From: an uncultured virus (IMG/VR IMGVR_UViG_3300018023_000193)
Lineage: Duplodnaviria > Heunggongvirae > Uroviricota > Caudoviricetes
Virus record (IMG/VR): IMGVR_UViG_3300018023_000193
Length of the DNA: 64,000 bases
Reading direction: 5' to 3' (one strand)
Shown: one piece after another, positions 46,075 through 54,721 of the stretch
Layout: each line of letters begins with the position of its first letter
How positions within the stretch are numbered: the stretch's first letter is position 1
Position numbers and translations under genes: made by a program
The notes under the pieces: generated by a model
Databases searched by the model: none
Told to the model about the DNA's origin: nothing
The model's input: only the letters and a program-made list of their open reading frames with translations

Positions 46075-46412
46075 AATTTGATAAGATCCATATTCAAATA
46101 GAAGTTTGTAAACTTGTAGGACGGGCAGCTAAATTTCGTGGTAAAAAAAGAAATAAAGCTTGGCAAAAACAACAAATTCTTTGGTGGAACGGCAAAACTT
46201 ATAAGCGTGATGGACCAGAATATCAGAAATTATTGCATAAAGCCTATCGTGAAATGTTTAATCAATCAGAATCCTTTCGGCGTGCTTTGGTTGCTTCCAA
46301 AAATGCTGTTTATTCTCATTCTCTTGGATCCAATCGAGAAGAAGAAACCGTTTTAACAGAAAGAGAATTTTGTAATATATTAACTGAATTAAGAACAGAG
46401 GTATTAAAATAA
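46047..46412 (+). pseudogene. N-terminally truncated T4 gp30.3-like (NADAR-family) protein
   Basis: LQSLKF..Q.EVC.LVG.AAK, W...Q.L.W.G...R...YQ.LL..AY, F..AL.A, H..G...TVLTE.EF; N-terminal LSNF..F..DG..SME region not found. Confidence 0.65.
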
Positions 46413-46413
46413 A

Positions 46414-47490
46414 ATGAAGACGATTTTATTATTCCTTGCTTTTGCAATGGGATTATTCGCACAATCATATCCGTTTACATTTTCACCAACAACGGTTAAT
46501 GCAACCGCAGATCCTTGTGCTGGTGGAATACAAGTCATTTCACAATTGACAGTTTCTTTACCAGCAACAACTGTTAGTTATCATGCATATCAAATTATAG
46601 CTGGATATAATCCTGCATATTCTGTTGTACCAGTTACGCCGGGTTCTACAAATCCTGGATCTTTAGAACCGGGGCAAAGCGCAGTATTTGATATTGAAGT
46701 TAATGCTAATAATTTAGCACCAGCAACATATACAGTTCCAATTGAAATAAATGATATAACTACTCCTCAAAATACACAACAAGGGGGATTTACTATCAAT
46801 TTAACTGTAGCTTGTGGATTAAATGATTTTCCTCAATCTAATACATTAGTTGTTCCTCATTTAACTTCAGGTTATGGATGGCGTACTATTTTCCAACTCA
46901 CAAATCCAACATCTACTATAAGCTTGGTAGATATAAATTTCTATAATGAAGCTGGATATTCTTCTCTCTTTAAACTCCGTGATTATACTAATCCAGAATT
47001 TAAAGTAACAGTTCCTATCCAAGCATTTTCTACAACTAATGTTATTTTAGAAGATCCAACAAATCCAAATACATTAACTGGATCGGCTGAAATTACTCCT
47101 GAAGTTGGAAGTCCTACAGTTGGTTTAACAGTTATATATGAAACTCTGAATTCTGTTCCATATGATTCAGCTTATACACCATCTACATTGAATAAAACTT
47201 TGAATTTCTGGTATGATAATACAAATGGTCGCCAAACTGGATTAGCATTACGAAATTCATTAAATTATTCATCTAATATATCATTGACTTATTATGGAAT
47301 TGATGGTACTATATTAGAAACAAAATCTTTAACACTTGCAGCTAAAGGGCATACTTCATTCCTTTTAAATGATGTTGCTTTATTAAATCAAACTGGGTTA
47401 TTGGTTGTATCAACAACATATAATGTTTTATCAGGACTTGAAATGTTCTTTAATGTGAATTTCCAATTTATTCCTGTTAGTTCATTTTAA
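46414..47490 (+). CDS. secreted/surface beta-rich protein
   Basis: Signal peptide MKTILLFLAFAMGLFA-Q; PHL..G.GW.T.F.L.N and .DNT.G..TG.AL.N..L...GHTSF.L modules. Confidence 0.75.
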   Translation: MKTILLFLAFAMGLFAQSYPFTFSPTTVNATADPCAGGIQVISQLTVSLPATTVSYHAYQIIAGYNPAYSVVPVTPGSTNPGSLEPGQSAVFDIEVNANNLAPATYTVPIEINDITTPQNTQQGGFTINLTVACGLNDFPQSNTLVVPHLTSGYGWRTIFQLTNPTSTISLVDINFYNEAGYSSLFKLRDYTNPEFKVTVPIQAFSTTNVILEDPTNPNTLTGSAEITPEVGSPTVGLTVIYETLNSVPYDSAYTPSTLNKTLNFWYDNTNGRQTGLALRNSLNYSSNISLTYYGIDGTILETKSLTLAAKGHTSFLLNDVALLNQTGLLVVSTTYNVLSGLEMFFNVNFQFIPVSSF

Positions 47491-47529
47491 ATGCCTTTAA
47501 TTTTACCTCTTAAAGTCGGCGTATGCAAA

Positions 47530-47577
47530 ATCCCGCCCAGGAAACTTCATTGGGATGAATATAATCCTGGGCGGGAT
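47530..47577. repeat. 13-bp GC-rich inverted repeat (stem-loop)
   Basis: ATCCCGCCCAGGA / TCCTGGGCGGGAT with inner TTCAT/ATGAA. Confidence 0.85.
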
Positions 47578-47752
47578 GGTCCATTAGTTAATTGCCATTA
47601 TAAAACAGCCATTTATCCAGAACAATATGATAATTATATTTCATATAATAATCATGAATTTATAGGAAAAGTATTTACTAAAGAACAGTGGGATAAATTA
47701 CCTAATCAAATAACCTTAAAAAATGGAATGGTAGATAAAAAGGCAATATTTT

Positions 47753-48022
47753 ATGTATAAAATTGTTTCAAAAATATTTAAAACTATAATAACTTTCTTT
47801 ATATGTTTTCCTCAAATTAATTGGATACATATTTTGAAATTAACAACTCAAACTACTTTTCCAAATGGATTAGAACCAATTGCTCTTTTTTATAGTCCTT
47901 TTTCAATTCCTATTGCCTTCTTTTTACATACAATACAACAATATCATAATATTATGGTTATTAATGCATTAAAAAAATTGAATAAAATTACAGATGAAAT
48001 ATTAAAAAACCATGAACAATGA
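47753..48022 (+). CDS. hypothetical membrane protein
   Basis: Two hydrophobic stretches. Confidence 0.5.
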   Translation: MYKIVSKIFKTIITFFICFPQINWIHILKLTTQTTFPNGLEPIALFYSPFSIPIAFFLHTIQQYHNIMVINALKKLNKITDEILKNHEQ

Positions 48023-48278
48023 TTCATTAATTGAATATCAAATTATCCTTAATGTATATCTTCCTGCTAATGGTGGGAGAATGATTAAACAAGTTGTTAG
48101 ATCTTCTGATAGATCTACAGCTATTGAGAAATTTAAATATTTAGGTAAACTTGTAACTGAAAAGAAAAATTCCAGAGAATTAAGAGAATGGTGTGCTGAA
48201 AATCTTCAACAACCAGGAGCTATTATCACAAGTTCTGATGGATTATTTGCAGTTTCATATGTAAAAATTTTACCATAA
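48012..48278 (+). CDS. hypothetical protein
   Basis: Overlapping ORF. Confidence 0.55.
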   Translation: MNNDSLIEYQIILNVYLPANGGRMIKQVVRSSDRSTAIEKFKYLGKLVTEKKNSRELREWCAENLQQPGAIITSSDGLFAVSYVKILP

Positions 48279-48286
48279 ATATAGGT

Positions 48287-48673
48287 ATGGGATCAATTAA
48301 TTCTCTACCATTACCTCTAATTCCTGGAGTACCACTTACACCACAACCAAATCTCCCTGAATTACCGGTTTTAGCTGCATTACAAGCATATTCAAATTCT
48401 TCTACAGTTAAATGTTTAGGGCTTCCTGCCTTACCTGGTATTCCTTCTTTACCACCAATTCCTAATTTATTTTCTGCTTTAGCAGGATTGGTCAAATTGG
48501 CAATACCAGCTATACCAGCAATTTCTTTAACTCCTGAAATTATGGTTACAGTTAATTGTCTTCCTCCTGTTGCATTTTCTACAAATTTTACTCCAAATTC
48601 TGTAATTCAAAATCCAACACAAATTATTACACAATTAAAATCTTCAGTTACATCTGGAATCTTAGGTATATAA
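48287..48673 (+). CDS. Pro-rich late protein upstream of gp5
   Basis: CATAAATA just upstream; LP/IP repeats. Confidence 0.65.
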   Translation: MGSINSLPLPLIPGVPLTPQPNLPELPVLAALQAYSNSSTVKCLGLPALPGIPSLPPIPNLFSALAGLVKLAIPAIPAISLTPEIMVTVNCLPPVAFSTNFTPNSVIQNPTQIITQLKSSVTSGILGI

Positions 48674-48674
48674 T

Positions 48675-49868
48675 ATGGCAAAAGAAACATTTTATATGGG
48701 TCATGAAGGTATGATTTGGTTTATGGGAGTTGTTGAAGATAGAATGGACCCAAATAAGTTAGGAAAAGTAAGAGTAAGAATTTTAGGATGTCATACTCCC
48801 GATAAAACATATATTTCAACAGATCAATTGCAATGGGCATATGTTTTATTACCAATTACTTCAGCTTCAATAAATGGGATTGGTGAAGTTCCTTTAGGAT
48901 TAGTTCCAGGTACTTGGGTAGTAGGATTTTTCCGTGATGGTCCTGCAATGCAAGAAGCTGTTATTTTTGGATCAATAGGTGGTATTCCTCAATTAGCTCC
49001 AGATCCTACAAAAGGGTTTAATGATCCACGTAATGATCCAAAATTAATTGAAACATTAGCAGGTGCACCACGTCAAATTGCTTTTCGTTCTTATTCTAAA
49101 GATGGAACAGGTGCCCATTTAATTAATGGAATTCAAGGGCCACAATATCCTCAAACAGATTTCTTAAATGAATCTGATACAAATAGAATTGCACGAAATG
49201 AAAAAATAGATAAAACTATATTAAATGTCCTAAAAAATATAATAGTATCAGAAGTACCAATTGCTTTTGGAGGTACTTGGGCAGAACCTCCACTTTATTA
49301 TAATGGTGTTTATCCATATGTCCATGTCACTCAAAGTGAATCAGGTCATGTTAAAATTATAGATGATACTCCTAATTTTGAAGGTCAGTTAGATATTGAT
49401 CGTTCAGGATCTTTTAAAGAATATCTGACTGATGGAACTAAAATTGATAAAGTGGTGGGTGATGGATATGAGATTGTTATGCGAGGACATAATATCCTCA
49501 TTATGAATCAAAAGAATGAAACTGTAAATAAAGATTATAATCTTTTGGTTGGTGGAGATTGGAATATTGAAGTTGTTGGAAATATTAATATTAAAGCAGA
49601 TCGTGGAGCCGCTTATATTACAGTTCAAGGTGATGCAAATATTAAAGCTGGTGGAAATGTAAATGTGGAAGCTTGTGCAGATATAAATGTATTAGGTTCA
49701 CGTAACGTGAACATTAGTTCAGGTAATACTGTAACATTACAATCATTACAAGCTATTAACTTAATTTCTGGAACTTCTATAAATATGGATGCTCCTTTTA
49801 TTTGGCTTAATACTCAAAAATCTACTGGAGCTACAGTAATCCATGCAACAGAACCTAAAGTAGAATAA
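48675..49868 (+). CDS. gp5: baseplate central spike gp5 (OB-fold + beta-helix, no lysozyme)
   Basis: WF.GVVEDR.DP..LG.VRVR..G.H, G.WV.GFF.DG, YPY.HV..SESGH...DDTP, V.G repeats. Confidence 0.93.
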   Translation: MAKETFYMGHEGMIWFMGVVEDRMDPNKLGKVRVRILGCHTPDKTYISTDQLQWAYVLLPITSASINGIGEVPLGLVPGTWVVGFFRDGPAMQEAVIFGSIGGIPQLAPDPTKGFNDPRNDPKLIETLAGAPRQIAFRSYSKDGTGAHLINGIQGPQYPQTDFLNESDTNRIARNEKIDKTILNVLKNIIVSEVPIAFGGTWAEPPLYYNGVYPYVHVTQSESGHVKIIDDTPNFEGQLDIDRSGSFKEYLTDGTKIDKVVGDGYEIVMRGHNILIMNQKNETVNKDYNLLVGGDWNIEVVGNINIKADRGAAYITVQGDANIKAGGNVNVEACADINVLGSRNVNISSGNTVTLQSLQAINLISGTSINMDAPFIWLNTQKSTGATVIHATEPKVE

Positions 49869-49875
49869 ATATTAT

Positions 49876-50025
49876 ATGGTTGAATTTTCAAAATTAAAAG
49901 TAAAAGAAATTCTCACTTTAAAAAAATTTGATGCTTCTAATGGTGAATTAATGGAAATAATTTTATTAGAAGATGGAAAAATAATAGATAGAATTACGGA
50001 GAAAGAAAAATTATGCCACTTTTGA
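49876..50025 (+). CDS. small protein (49 aa, not in ORF track), probable partner of next gene
   Basis: MVEFSKLKVKEILTLKKFD...; ATAAATA late box upstream. Confidence 0.55.
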   Translation: MVEFSKLKVKEILTLKKFDASNGELMEIILLEDGKIIDRITEKEKLCHF

Positions 50026-50399
50026 ATTCAGGTGTTTCCGCTTTAGCCGGGTTAGCAACAGGTTTAGGTAGTCCTGCATATGATAATACTCATGCATATA
50101 TTGGAATAGGAGATGGGACTGCGGGTTTTAATGTATCTCAAACAGATTTACAAGCATCATCTAATAAAACATATCTTCCAATGGATATAGGATATCCTAC
50201 TATTTCTACACCTTCTATTACATTTGAAGCAACATTTGGAACAAATGCTGCAAATTATGATTGGAATGAATGGGTAGTTTTAAATGGTTCTAATGGTACA
50301 GCCGGAACAGCATTAAATCGAAAAGTAGAAAATTTAGGTACCAAACCAAATACACAAATTTGGGTTTTATCAGTTACATTAACATTTAGCACCCCTTAA
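50013..50399 (+). CDS. phage tail-associated structural protein
   Basis: AYIGIGD....F...QTDLQA..NK....MD.GYP, F...F....AN..W.EW, LNRKV..LGTK. Confidence 0.7.
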   Translation: MPLLNSGVSALAGLATGLGSPAYDNTHAYIGIGDGTAGFNVSQTDLQASSNKTYLPMDIGYPTISTPSITFEATFGTNAANYDWNEWVVLNGSNGTAGTALNRKVENLGTKPNTQIWVLSVTLTFSTP

Positions 50400-50410
50400 A
50401 GGAAATATAA

Positions 50411-51457
50411 ATGATAGAACTTTACACCGGATTTGATACATTAGTTGCTCCTATTTTTGTAAATCTTGGAGAATTCGATTCATATCCTATACCTACCGGA
50501 AATAGTGAGACAGGTAGATTTGGAGGATATAGTACTTATAATTTTCAAGCATATAAAACACTTTCAAGAATATCTGGTCCTCGTATTGTTGGATTAGCAG
50601 TTTATCCAAATAATGGTTATCCATTAGAAGCTGATACTCAAGGTTTAATTACATTTTGGGATGATGATAATTATGAACAAATTTATTTAAGATTTTTATA
50701 TGATGGGAGTTTAGCAGTTTATAGTGGAAATCATAATGGAACTGGCATTTATAGTCCTGTATTATTAGCAAAAACATCTATTAATATTATGGTTGTTAAT
50801 GCGTGGCAATATATTGAATTTTCTGCTACTATAGGAGTAAATGGTTCTTTTGAAGTTAGATTAGGACAACAAACTATTTTATCAGGATCTGGTGTAAATA
50901 CCATGAATCCTTTATCAACAAATGCCAATACAAATAGAGTGCAAATATATAGTTATGGAGCTAGTGTTTTTTTGGATGATCTTTATATTTTAAATACTTC
51001 TGGATCTTATAATAATGGATTTCTTGGAGAACAAAAAGTATTAACTACTGTTCCAGCTTCTAATGTTTCGGTTCAATTTTTAAGTAATGGTACTGCTGGT
51101 AATTGGCAAAATTTGCAAACTAATGATGGTGATGTTACTTATAATTATTCAGCAACAAGTGGTGATACTGATTATTTTAATATGTTAACATTAGGAAGTT
51201 ATGAAAGTCAATCTTTTAAAGGTAATGAAATTCAGGCAACTAAAACAACTATTATTGCTAGAAAAGATGATGTAGGAGAAAGAGATGTTGCCAATATAGT
51301 TACATCTGGGATGACTGTAGACCAATTTAATGATAATGTTTTACTTTCTACATACCAATCATTTTCTAATTATATGGAAGTAGATCCAGCAACCGATGCT
51401 CCTTGGACTCCAGCAGCCGTTAATGCATTAGAAGTCGGCTATAAACTTACAGCATAA
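50411..51457 (+). CDS. virion structural protein with concanavalin/LamG-like domain
   Basis: W.YIE....G..EVR, DDLYI...G...N.FLG, DP.T...WT...VNA...G. Confidence 0.7.
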   Translation: MIELYTGFDTLVAPIFVNLGEFDSYPIPTGNSETGRFGGYSTYNFQAYKTLSRISGPRIVGLAVYPNNGYPLEADTQGLITFWDDDNYEQIYLRFLYDGSLAVYSGNHNGTGIYSPVLLAKTSINIMVVNAWQYIEFSATIGVNGSFEVRLGQQTILSGSGVNTMNPLSTNANTNRVQIYSYGASVFLDDLYILNTSGSYNNGFLGEQKVLTTVPASNVSVQFLSNGTAGNWQNLQTNDGDVTYNYSATSGDTDYFNMLTLGSYESQSFKGNEIQATKTTIIARKDDVGERDVANIVTSGMTVDQFNDNVLLSTYQSFSNYMEVDPATDAPWTPAAVNALEVGYKLTA

Positions 51458-51466
51458 AGGATAAAT

Positions 51467-52642
51467 ATGGCAACACAATTTAGTGGTGGTACTTATATTG
51501 ATACAACATTTGTTCCATTAGTCAAATCTGATTTTCAAGTTAATATAGCGGCTGCTTTAATAAGTGCAGGATGGACAAGCAAAGCTATTGCTTCTGGACA
51601 AGGATTAGGAAATACTGGCATTGTTACAATTTCTATTGCTAATCCTGGAGTTGTAACCTTTAATTCTCATGGATTTTTAGGTAATGAAGCTATTATATTA
51701 CAAACTTCAGGAACTTTACCTAGTGGATTATCTGTAAATACTATTTATTATGTAAATTATATTGATGCTAATACTTTCCATTTAGCCTCTTCTCCAGGTG
51801 GAGGTAATATTACTACAACAGGTTCTCAATCAGGTACTCATACATTAAATACACAATATTATCTATTAGAAAGTACAACACAAACAAATGTCACAAATCC
51901 TATTAGAGTACGTTTAATTGATAATGTCCATAATTGTATTCAAGTTCATATAGAAAGCCAAGATGGTACTATTAAAAGTTCAAACCAAACGAACCAAAAT
52001 TATGGTGGAGAATTATATCCTAATATTGGTAAAACTTTTGGAATTATAGCAACACAATATCATTTTTTATGTTTTGTTGTAGGAGCAGGTGTAAATCGTG
52101 ATTTTGTTATGGCTGGTATGTTATATGTTCCTAGTTTTATAACTGGTATAGCTAATGTAGGATACATGCTCAGTAATGCTGATAGTGATGGAGATACTTC
52201 TTTACGTTCTAGTTTTCGAGTTGGAGTTAATTTATATGGTGGAGGAACTCAAGTAGGTAATTTGAATAGTAATGGAAATACAGAAGTTATTTGGGATACA
52301 AATTTCTTGGAAGGTGGTAATAGTAGTAATTTTTGTCAATTGGGTGGTGGGCCAGAAATTGTAATTCCAGAAATTGGTAGTATTTACAATTTAGTAACAA
52401 GAGGATATTTGTGGGCTAATGGAGATATTAATACATCAGATGTATTATTAACTTCTGGTTTAACTTCTCAATCGGATGTTGGTACTCTCAAAGGACAATT
52501 TTTCGATTTAATTTATGTAGCTGAAGCATTTACAATTGATGCTACTGATACTTTTAATAGCCATAATTGGTATAATTTAACAAACAATAATAATGGAGCA
52601 TCAAATTACGCTCGTGGTAGTATGTGGATAGCAACAAGTTAA
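51467..52642 (+). CDS. putative tail fibre/receptor-binding structural protein
   Basis: Gly/Asn/Thr-rich; TISIANPGVVT...HG....TSG.LP.GL....YYV module. Confidence 0.65.
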   Translation: MATQFSGGTYIDTTFVPLVKSDFQVNIAAALISAGWTSKAIASGQGLGNTGIVTISIANPGVVTFNSHGFLGNEAIILQTSGTLPSGLSVNTIYYVNYIDANTFHLASSPGGGNITTTGSQSGTHTLNTQYYLLESTTQTNVTNPIRVRLIDNVHNCIQVHIESQDGTIKSSNQTNQNYGGELYPNIGKTFGIIATQYHFLCFVVGAGVNRDFVMAGMLYVPSFITGIANVGYMLSNADSDGDTSLRSSFRVGVNLYGGGTQVGNLNSNGNTEVIWDTNFLEGGNSSNFCQLGGGPEIVIPEIGSIYNLVTRGYLWANGDINTSDVLLTSGLTSQSDVGTLKGQFFDLIYVAEAFTIDATDTFNSHNWYNLTNNNNGASNYARGSMWIATS

Positions 52643-52657
52643 AAGTGAGAAAATATT

Positions 52658-53737
52658 TTGAGTACTTACGAAGAAATTACCTACCGTAATCCATCTACCA
52701 GTACTCTTCCTTCAGATTCTCCATCTACAGTTTTAATGGTTACGGCCACTAAAACTTTAATTATTAATTCTGGTTCTTATGTTGGACAATATTTACCTCT
52801 TTTAAAAAATATTGTCGATACCGATGTACAAACAGAAATATTACATCGGAGTCCTTCTACTAATACTCTTCCTTCAGATTCTCCATCTACAGTTTTAATG
52901 GTTACGGCCACTAAAACTTTAATTATTAATTCTGGTTCTTATGTTGGACAATATTTACCTCATCTTAAATATATTTTAAGAATTCCTAGTTCTGTTCCCA
53001 TTTATCCAATAAATGATACAGATAATTTATCTATTCAAATTTCTGAAAGTTCAAATCGTATTATAGAATTTCCTATAATTGATTTTGATTCTTTAGATAT
53101 CCAAATTTCTGAAAGTTCTTCTATACATATTACTTCTAGGATTTTAGATTCTGATACTTTAGATATCCAAATTTCTGAAAGTTCTTCGTTATATGGTACA
53201 ACACAACACGCTTTAATAACTGCATTATATAATGAAATATTAGTATCTGAACCATCGGATGCTAGGATAACTTCATTATATAATGAAACTTTGGTATCTG
53301 AACCATCGGATGCTAGGATAACTTCATTATATAATGAAACTTTGGTATCTGAACCATCAAACACAAGAATAACTCAATTATATAATGAAATATTAGTAGC
53401 TCTTTATAGATTTCACCTTTATGATAATTGCCAAATACAAATTGTAGAAAAATCTTCCATAACAATTAAAACACAATCTTTAGATATTTGTTCTTTTCAA
53501 ATCCTTGATGAACATCATCCAGTTTTATTTGCTATTTATCCAAATATATTACCAGAGTTTCAACCAAATGTTACTTTAACTTGTATTGGATGGGGATTTT
53601 TACCTACTAGTATTATAGTTTGGAATGGAATTAATATTCCTACAATTTTTATTTCACCTGAAGAATTGCAAGGTATTTTACCATCAATGGATATAAATAT
53701 GATTGGAAATGTACCAGTACATATTTTGGATCCATAA
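52658..53737 (+). CDS. repeat-rich structural protein with C-terminal IPT/TIG-like domain
   Basis: Three internal repeat families; TLT..G.GF...S...WNG....T.FIS...L. Confidence 0.65.
   Translation: MSTYEEITYRNPSTSTLPSDSPSTVLMVTATKTLIINSGSYVGQYLPLLKNIVDTDVQTEILHRSPSTNTLPSDSPSTVLMVTATKTLIINSGSYVGQYLPHLKYILRIPSSVPIYPINDTDNLSIQISESSNRIIEFPIIDFDSLDIQISESSSIHITSRILDSDTLDIQISESSSLYGTTQHALITALYNEILVSEPSDARITSLYNETLVSEPSDARITSLYNETLVSEPSNTRITQLYNEILVALYRFHLYDNCQIQIVEKSSITIKTQSLDICSFQILDEHHPVLFAIYPNILPEFQPNVTLTCIGWGFLPTSIIVWNGINIPTIFISPEELQGILPSMDINMIGNVPVHILDP
52702..52961 (+). repeat. 98-bp perfect direct repeat, period 162 nt
   Basis: 52702-52799 identical to 52864-52961. Confidence 0.95.
53216..53398 (+). 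repeat. 51-nt tandem repeat (17 aa, ITSLYNETLVSEPSDAR), about 3.6 copies
   Basis: Units start at 53216, 53267, 53318, 53369. Confidence 0.95.
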
Positions 53738-54075
53738 TGCAAATATCTAATACATTATATGTTGAAGTTCAAACTATAAAACGTGCAGTTCGATTAGGTG
53801 ATATATCTGCGGGTAATTTTCCTCTTCCACCAGAACCAAATATACAAGGGTCTCCAAGTGTATTTGTCAATGGGCTTCCATGGCATAGAGTTACAGATCA
53901 TTGGGATATTCCTAATCCTTTAAATCCAATTGCAATATTAGGGTTTGGATCTAAAACTGTATTTGTTAATGGATTAGCAGCCGGAAGAAATGGAGATTTT
54001 ATTGTATATCCTTCTGCACCTACAATTGAAATTGATTTTGCAGACCAGGCCAGTCCCAACGTATTCTGTGGATAA
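53737..54075 (+). CDS. gp5.4: PAAR-domain spike tip protein (gp5.4-like)
   Basis: AVRLGD, GSP.VFVNG.P..R..D, GS.TVFVNG..A.R.GD, SPNVF.G. Confidence 0.88.
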   Translation: MQISNTLYVEVQTIKRAVRLGDISAGNFPLPPEPNIQGSPSVFVNGLPWHRVTDHWDIPNPLNPIAILGFGSKTVFVNGLAAGRNGDFIVYPSAPTIEIDFADQASPNVFCG

Positions 54076-54083
54076 ATATTTAT

Positions 54084-54245
54084 ATGTATATCATTTATAA
54101 ACATACGAGTCTTACTGGTAAATCTTATATTGGATATACTTGCCAAGGATTAATAACACGATGGAATCGTGAAATTTCCCATTCTAAGAATTTTCAAAAT
54201 AAAAGAAAACTTGATTATGCCATTAGAAAATATCCAAACAAATAA
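54084..54245 (+). pseudogene. truncated GIY-YIG homing endonuclease (53 aa)
   Basis: MYIIYKHTSLTGKSYIGYTCQ...RW...AIRKYP* stops before the conserved Glu/Asn. Confidence 0.8.
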
Positions 54246-54313
54246 GACGCCAATTGAAGAGGATAAAAATAAATGTCGGATAAATGGCTCCAAATGTATT
54301 ATAAATATAACTG

Positions 54314-54715
54314 ATGACACCTTTTATAACTCCAACAGTTAGATATACGGATTTATCACTTGCATTTAATGCTAATCCTGTTACAGGAGATGTAACAACT
54401 TTAACGGATGATGCAGCTATTAAAGCTTCTGTTATAAATTTAGTATTTACAATGAATTATGAAATTCCTTTCCATCCAGAACAAGGATGTGCGGTCTATA
54501 GTTCTCTTTTTGAAAATATTTCACCAATGACGGCTGCTAAAATTCGTAGATCAATTATGGACGTTTTACAAAATTATGAACCTCGGGTAATTGTCCAATC
54601 TGTAAATGTTATTCCTGCACCAGATCAAAATTCTTATAATGCAACAATTACGTACCAAATCCTGGGCCAACCATTAACTACAACCATTACAGTTTTCTTG
54701 GAGAAACTTCGGTAA
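54314..54715 (+). CDS. gp25: baseplate wedge protein gp25
   Basis: Y.DL.L.F..NP.T.D, AIK.SV.NL..T...E.PF.P..G, YEPRV; TATAAATA at 54300-07. Confidence 0.95.
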   Translation: MTPFITPTVRYTDLSLAFNANPVTGDVTTLTDDAAIKASVINLVFTMNYEIPFHPEQGCAVYSSLFENISPMTAAKIRRSIMDVLQNYEPRVIVQSVNVIPAPDQNSYNATITYQILGQPLTTTITVFLEKLR

Positions 54716-54721
54716 AATAAT

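Noticed and set aside
52702..52961. 98-bp repeat pair as DGR template/variable repeats
   Set aside because: Copies are identical with no adenine-specific differences, both lie in one ORF, and no reverse transcriptase is in the window
53216..53398. Tandem 51-nt repeats as a CRISPR array
   Set aside because: Units are contiguous with no unique spacers, keep the reading frame, and no cas operon is present; the Cas4-like gene at 24111 is the usual T4-like exonuclease
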